Origin: Fonticula alba ATCC 38817
Lineage: Eukaryota; Protista; Nucleariida
Assembly (NCBI GenBank): GCA_000388065.2
Contig: KB932214.1
Reading direction: 5' to 3' (one strand)
DNA length: 38,136 nt
Part shown: positions 31,801 through 38,136 of the stretch, one piece after another
How the letters are laid out: the number at the start of each line of letters is the position of its first letter
How positions within the stretch are numbered: the first letter of the stretch is position 1
The notes under the pieces: model-generated
What the model saw: only the letters and a program-made list of their open reading frames with translations
Databases searched by the model: none
What the model was told of the DNA's origin: nothing
Position numbers and translations under genes: made by a program

Positions 31801-33813
31801 ACCTGACCGGCCACCTCGTCGAAGTGCGCCTCGTAGGTCTTGCACTTGAGGGCGCGCTCGCGATCGTCGAAGGCCGAATGCACCGACGCGGCGATCTTCC
31901 GCGCATCCTCCACGCCCATGCTGGCCGGCGGGGTGTAGCCATGGTCATTGGCCAGGCCCGTGGCATCGGTGGCCAGGGCATCGACCAGACCGCCGAGGTG
32001 CTTGTCGGCCTCCGCGCGACGGGTCTGCACCTCGGTCACCATGGTGGCCAGCTCCTGGCTGGAGTTGGGGAACTCCCGGCGCGAAGCCTCGGCAATGTAG
32101 TCATTGGCATGCTGGTTGAGGGCCGAGAAGTCGTCGACATAGGCCTCCCGACGGAGGGCATAGTCCTTGGCCACGGCCAGAGCCGCGCCATAGGTCTGAT
32201 CGGCCTCATCCAGCCGGGCCCAGCCGGCATCGAGGCTGGCATCGGTGGCCGGCTCCGGGGGGACATACCCGTGCTCGGCGCCGAAGGCCGCATTCTCGGC
32301 CTTCAGCTGGCCCAGCAGCGCCTGCTTGGTGGGCTTCTCCGCGGTGGAGTAGGTCTGGAAGTCATCCAGCAGCGACTGCACCCGGACCGAGTTCATGGTC
32401 TGCAGGGCCGTCGGAGCCGGGGGCTGGTGCGCGGCGGTCTTGGCCGCCATCCAGTCCTGCAGGCCCTCGGCCTCGGCATCATGACGCAGGCGCTTCTGGT
32501 TGTAGGTGAGGGCCGCGTCGAAGTCGTCCATGGCCGCCACGAGGACCTCCCAGGCGGACTCCAGCGCCGCCGGGGACACCTTCTCATCGACCTCGTACTC
32601 GCCCATGTCGTTGTCGGCCATGCGCTTGGCGATGTCCTGGTAGGCGGTCAGCACGCGCTGCTTGGCATCCCGGCGGGGGGGCAGCTCGGTGGTCTTGAAG
32701 GCGTCGAACCCGGACACCAGGCCGGACAGGTCGTCGGCCACGATGTCATCGGTCGGCATGTTGTCGCGGAAGTTGCTGGACGAGGTGTTGCACCACTCGA
32801 TCAGATCGCTGATGCGCGACTCGAAGTCCGCCTGCTTCTCGCGGATCTCCCGGCGAGCCGAGTCATCGATGCCCAGCTCGCGGTTCAGCGAGTTGCCGAT
32901 GTCCCCGAAGGCCGGCAGCTGCAGGTCGCCCAGGTTCTTGGACGCCTGGGCCAGCTCCTCGTCGGTGAAGGTGAGCGTGCCCATGAGGTCGCCGATGCGC
33001 GGGGCCAGGCCCTTGGCAAAGAGGAAGTGACTGTGTCGCGCGCGCCGGTGGGATTGCAGGGGCGAGGGGGAGGGGGGGGAAAGACAGGGTCAGCGGAGGA
33101 GGGAGGCTGGGGGTGGCCAACTGCGGCGGGCGGCGGGCGGCGGGCGGCGGGGAGAAACACATTCGGTGGCGGGCCCCCCCCACACACACACATATGCGGC
33201 GCGACACTTACCTGAGGGCATGGATCATGTAGATGACCTTCGGCATGTTCTTCTTGTCGTAGAGATCGGTCAGCTCGAAGAAGTAGATGACCGGCAGGCC
33301 GACCTTCAGCGAGGCGACGCGATAGGCGTTGAAGTTGTCCGAGTGGCGCAGACCCAGGGGAAGCTTCTGCTTCTCGTCGAAGATCTTGCGCACGTCCTCC
33401 GGCGAGAAGAAACGCGCCAGCTTGGCCAGGAACACACCATTACGCAGGGCGTCCTCCATCTCGATGACGGGGGGCAGCTCCTCCTGGATGCAGACCTCAA
33501 TCCAACTGCCGGGGGGGGGCGGGGGCGGGGGGAGAAGAAGGCACATGCGCGTGTCAGTGTATGTGGTAGTGCGTCACCGGCGGGCGGGAGAGGGAGGGAG
33601 AGGGCGGCGGGCGGGAGGGGGAGGGAGAGGGCGGCGGCGGCGGCGGCAGCCGGGCCCGTGCGCATGCAGATGTGCCCCAGGAGGGGGGCGGCAGAAGACA
33701 AGCACGTACGCCTTGGCCTCACCAATACGGACGAGGTACTCGTGCGCAATGCGCCGAGTGCGCTCCTCGTCCATGGTGTTGGCGTCCGCGCGGATGGGGA
33801 CGGGGTCCTCCAT
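28854..33813 (-). CDS. IQGAP: IQGAP (CH, repeat rod, 3 IQ, RasGAP-related domain, RasGAP_C); complement(join(28854..33030,33212..33505,33710..33813)), 1524 aa
   Basis: MDEERTRRIAHEYLVRIGEAKAWIE...LRNGVFLAKL...LRHSDN...DLYDKKNMPKVIYMIHALSHFL (CH). IQ motifs LQANIRGFLGR, IQAMIRGNAVR and IQAHFRRKIAQ at about 31478-31245. REEYLLL and YYRYINPAIV (GRD). C-terminal INVNLMIYLINKKF. Two introns keep frame (4575 nt). Confidence 0.95.
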
Positions 33814-34959
33814 GATTAGAGCTCAAAGCAGCCGAGGCTGAGTGAGAAGGAGGGGCCTGTGTCAGGCCTGGGCGTTGGGGGAGGGCGGGCGAGAGGGGAG
33901 AAGCGACGACGCGGGGGGGGGGGACAACCGAGGGTCAGTACGCGGCGCGCAGAGGGGGAGGAAGGGAGAGGAGGGCAAGGGAGAGAGGAAGGGAGGAAGG
34001 GAGGCTGCGGACACGAACAATGAGGGGGGTCTCCGGGGGGTGGAGGGGACGGTTGGAAAACCGGGAGTGGGGGGGGGGGAAGGCGCGCGCGGGGGAGAGG
34101 TGGGTGGGGGCGCGCGGGGTGATGTCGAACTTGCGCTCAATGTCACCGGACGCAGTGTAGGGTGGAGAGGGGGTATGTGGGTGTGTATGTAAAAAGGAGA
34201 GAAATGCGGTAGCCTCTGCGGGAGCAATGGCACAGCGATGCCCAAGGTGCGGTAGCCGCGGCACAACGCCGGGCTGTCTCTTGACTCCCCGCCACACCCC
34301 CCCCCCCTGCCACCACCGCCACACCCCCCCCCCCTGGTGGGGGCTGCGCCGGCGTGCTGCGCGCACCGGGCGCATGCACCGCACACACACACACACACGC
34401 GCTGACCGTGCGCGCCGGGGGGACCGGCACCCGGCCAGGGGCGGGCGCAAGGGGGCGGAGCTGGCCGGCGGGGGCGGGGACCGTGGGCGGGGGGCGAGGC
34501 TGGTATGTGCCGCCCCCTCCCCCCTGGAGAAGGGGGCGCGCACGAGCGCCAGGAGCGGGGGACGGGGGGGGGGGGAGGTCAACACGGCGGCCGGACGCCC
34601 CTCCACGGCCTTCTCCCGGGGCCGGGCGGGTGCAGACCGGGCAAACGACGGCCGCCGTGTGCAACCCCTCCCCGGTCGCGGCCCCCGCGCGCGGCTCTCG
34701 GGCGGCTGGCCAAGACGCGCCGCCTGTGTGCGACGCAGGCCCCGAGCAGCACCGGGAGGGCCTACGCCCGAAGACACACGCACACACACACACACACACA
34801 CACACCGGGGCCGGCCGGCCGCGGGGGGAGAGCACGTTCGCACGGGGGAGAGGTGTCTCCGGGCCGCCGGCGCCCTCCCCCCCCCCCCCCCCCCGCCGGG
34901 CGGAGAGGGGGAGTCGCGCTAGCCGGCGCGGCTGGGCGCGCGGCCGAGGTCAGTAGGGC

Positions 34960-34967
34960 CCAGTGCT

Positions 34968-35013
<46 letters not shown>

Positions 35014-35178
35014 ACGCCACCGCCCCCCAAAAACCCCCCCCCCCCCCGGCGGGGGGGGGGGAGAGGCCGGCCGCCCGCGGGCCCGCCCCCCGGGGGACGC
35101 CCCCCCCCCCCCCGCCCCCCGCCCCCGCGCCGCCGCCGCCCGCGCCGCCCCCCACCGCGGGACCGGGGCAGGAGTGCT

Positions 35179-35216
<38 letters not shown>

Positions 35217-35400
35217 GGCGGGCGGGCCGCGGGGGGGGGGGCCTCTTGCCCGGGGGGGGGGTGTCCCCCGGCCCCCCCGGCCCCCCCCCCCCCCCCCCCC
35301 CCCCGGGGGGGGGGGGGGGGTTCCGCCTGCCCCGGCGGCGGGGGGGCCCGCCCCGGGTCCGAGGGGCCCCTGGTGTCCCCCCCCCCCCCCCCCCTGCCCC
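34960..35400. repeat. Extreme C/G homopolymer low-complexity island
   Basis: Multiple long C and G runs (the longest is C, about 43 nt at 34970-35012) with almost no A/T. Confidence 0.9.
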
Positions 35401-38136
35401 GCCCCCGGAGCCGGCCGGAGTGCGCCCGGTCCCCGCAAAGAATGACCGGACTACGGGCGGGGGCGGGGGAAGAATGCTGCGCGCCCGGGGCCGCAGCTTC
35501 TGGAGGACGCCCCGCCCCCCTCGGGCCCGGGCCAGGCGGGGCCGGCGCCGGCTTCGAGCATCGTCCGGAGAAGGCTGAGAGGCGTTGCCGCCCCGTCCCC
35601 CCCCCCCCCCCGGGCTCTTTGCAAGGGAGCCGGCGCGAGCGCATTCGCACACACACACACACACACACACACACCCAAGAAGCGGTCACCGGCGCCCCTC
35701 CGCGGCCGGGCAAGGCAGAGCAGGCAAATGAACTTGCACATTCCACACAGGTCCAATAAACGCCCGGCCAGCGCGCCCGCGGCCGGGCATCCTTGCCCCC
35801 AATTAGGGAGGAGCCGCCGCGCCGGCTCCGCCGAACGTGGGGGTGGGGGACGGCCTACGGGCGCGCGCGCATGTGCGAGCCCGCCGGAGCATGCAAGCAC
35901 ACGGGCTGTCCCTCCCCGGGCGCCGGCGGGAGGCCCCGCGCCCGCCCCCGCACACGCCCCGGTGTACGGGCGCGCAAAGGAATTCCCCCCCCCCCCCCGT
36001 CCGGCAGGCGGGCTGTCGACAGCCAGCCCCAGCCGGCCGGCCGGAGGGCCACGACAAGGGACGCCCGGCCCCCCTGTCACCCGGGAGCTGGGGGGGGGGG
36101 GCGGGGACAAGGCACCTGGTCGCGCGTCCGAGTTTCCCCCCCCTCCAATCAGTCATGGTCGTCACCTCGGCGGGCCGGCCGGCGGCGAGGAGAGGTGCGG
36201 CCGCCGGCCCCCCCCCCCCCGGCCGGAGGTGCCGCGGGCGAACCATGGTCAAGGAATTTTCCCCCCCCGCGCGCCCGGCGAGCCCATTGAGCAAGGGACC
36301 CGCTCCCCTGGGCGCGGGGACCATCGCCGGGCGTTTGCGGGGCCGCGAAGCCCCCCCCCCCCCGGAGAGCCCTCGCCCGGCACCCCGGCGTCCGCATACC
36401 AGGGCACGCCGGGGCAGCGCACCCTCGGCCGGGCTCAGACACGCGCCCGGCACACCAAACAAAGGCAGGGGCGCGCAGGCGAGCGGAGACCCAGAAAGAG
36501 CGAAAGACGTAGAGGCACGGGCGGGGGGGGGGGGGGGCGCGGGCAGACAGGGGCGTAGGCAACAGAGGCCCCCCCCCCCGGGCAGGGGACAAGACAGGGG
36601 AAGCCTTAATTTCGGGGCCCCGGGCGCCGGCGCGCAACATGAGGCAGGCCGCGGCCGCGGCCCGCTCGGCCGAGCACCGCGGCCGCCTCGCCCCCCCCCC
36701 GCGATGGTGATGGGGCCGCCGTGCCCGCCGCCGGGACTCGGCGGGCCGGCCGTGACACCCCGCGCGCGGGCGCGCGTGTGCGGAGGACACACCCATGCAC
36801 ACGCACCCCCGGCCCCCCGGCCCCGGGACAGGGGCCCCGTCGCGCAAACGGAAGCGGCCCTGGTGAGCCGGGTCTCCCGGACAGAATGACACATCCCGGT
36901 GTCACACGGCGCCCTCTCGTGTGAGAGGGGACGCCCTGGTCTCTTTTGTCCTGTTTCCGTCCCCCCCCCCCCCCGGGGGGGGGGCGAGACACCTCCGAGC
37001 AGCCAATATTCGTACGAAAATAATCCCACCAATATGCGCGGACATATGCCCGGCGCATATATCCCCCCCCCCCCAGCTCTAAATGGGCCTCTCGAGGTCC
37101 GGTGCCGGGCCTGGTCCCCGGCGGTGCGGGCCCGGGACCGCCCCGCTGCCAGGCCCTCCCGGCAGCGGGCTCTCCGTGTGCCCGCCGTGTCGCCCCGCGC
37201 CACGCCAGGCCTGGACTCATATGACGGACGGCGGCCGGGGCGGCGCGCCCGCCTCGAGAGAGAGCCCCCGGCGCCGCAAGCAGAGGCGCGCTCTGGCCGA
37301 GGCGCGAGGGAGAATGCCCGCGCCCGGGTAAATGGCCGCGCCGCATTCCGAGATTCCACCACCCCAGAGGCGGGCCTGCGGCGCGCGCGCGCGCGCGCGC
37401 GAATGTGGGCGAGAAGCTATTTGAAGTCCGGCTATGGTGACCGGCCCGCGGGTTGTCCGGCGGCGGGCATTCCACCGCGCGCGCCCCGCGCGCCCGCCCG
37501 GCGGCCCAAATGCCCGCCACCAGGGCCGGCAGACAGCACCGGACCGCCCGCTCCCCCGGCCGCCCGGCCTCCCCGAGCCCAGGCGCCGGCGCATGTCAGG
37601 CGCGCCTCCTCCGAGGCACCCCCCCCCCCCCGCCCGCCCGCCCGCCCCTGGTGCCGGGGCAGCGTAGGGCCCCCCGCCCTGGCCGGGGAGGTATAGGAAA
37701 TGCGCCCAGCCCCCCCCCCCCCCCCCGCCAGACGCCGCTCACTGGCTGCTGACGACCGCCCCGGGGCGCGGGTCCCCTGCCGGCCCGGCCCGGCCCCGGC
37801 CCGGCTCCCGGAGGGGCGCGTGTCAGACACAATCGTTCGAGCCCGTCACACGGCCAGCCTCGAGCGGCGCGCACGGTGCCGCCGCGGGCCCCCGACGGGC
37901 GCCCCCGCCCGCGCGGTCGCGGCCGGCGCCAGCGCAGCCTGCCTCTAGTCCGGCGCATTCCCGTCTAGCCGTGCCGGGCGCACGAATTCCTGCTGGCCCT
38001 TGGCCCGGGGCCCGGGCGGCAGGGACGAGCGCCGGCGCGCCTCCCTCCCTGGCCGATACCCCGACATTCCTCCCGCTACCGGGGCGGGGGGGGCGGGGGG
38101 GGGCACCGCCAGCGCGGGCCGGCAGGCCCGGGCCCG

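Noticed and set aside
28980-33215. 1411-aa plus-strand ORF
   Set aside because: Antisense shadow of IQGAP caused by GC-rich codon usage; no recognisable domain.
33842-38136. ORFs up to 519 aa and an AATAAA at 35755
   Set aside because: Compositionally biased with no motifs; the AATAAA follows no supported gene.

Overview
Eukaryotic, very GC-rich, intron-containing, microsatellite-dense draft scaffold with four N-gaps. Gene content and style suggest a unicellular opisthokont such as Fonticula; this is inference only. Seven spliced protein-coding genes can be reconstructed with GT-AG junctions that preserve frame: (1) a 1536-aa polyQ C2H2 zinc-finger protein with Gli/PacC-type fingers (+, 2359-7133); (2) transportin-3/Mtr10-like karyopherin (+, 8524-13182); (3) dUTPase with a probable mitochondrial leader (+, 14182-14906); (4) a BLOC-1 subunit 5 (Muted)-like protein with an Ala/Asp repeat tail (-, 16668-15101); (5) V-ATPase V0 subunit a (+, 20336-24965); (6) a bacterial-type RsmE SPOUT methyltransferase homologue with a mitochondrial-like presequence, large insertions and an altered SAM-binding loop (+, 25784-28299); (7) an IQGAP (-, 33813-28854). 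In that IQGAP, the segment between the CH domain and IQ motifs looks like four alpha-actinin-type spectrin repeats. The best candidates for something new are the actinin-rod IQGAP and the remodelled RsmE. No rRNA, tRNA, CRISPR or transposon is evident. Most other ORFs in the track are GC/low-complexity or antisense shadows. Homology calls rest on recalled family motifs, not database searches.
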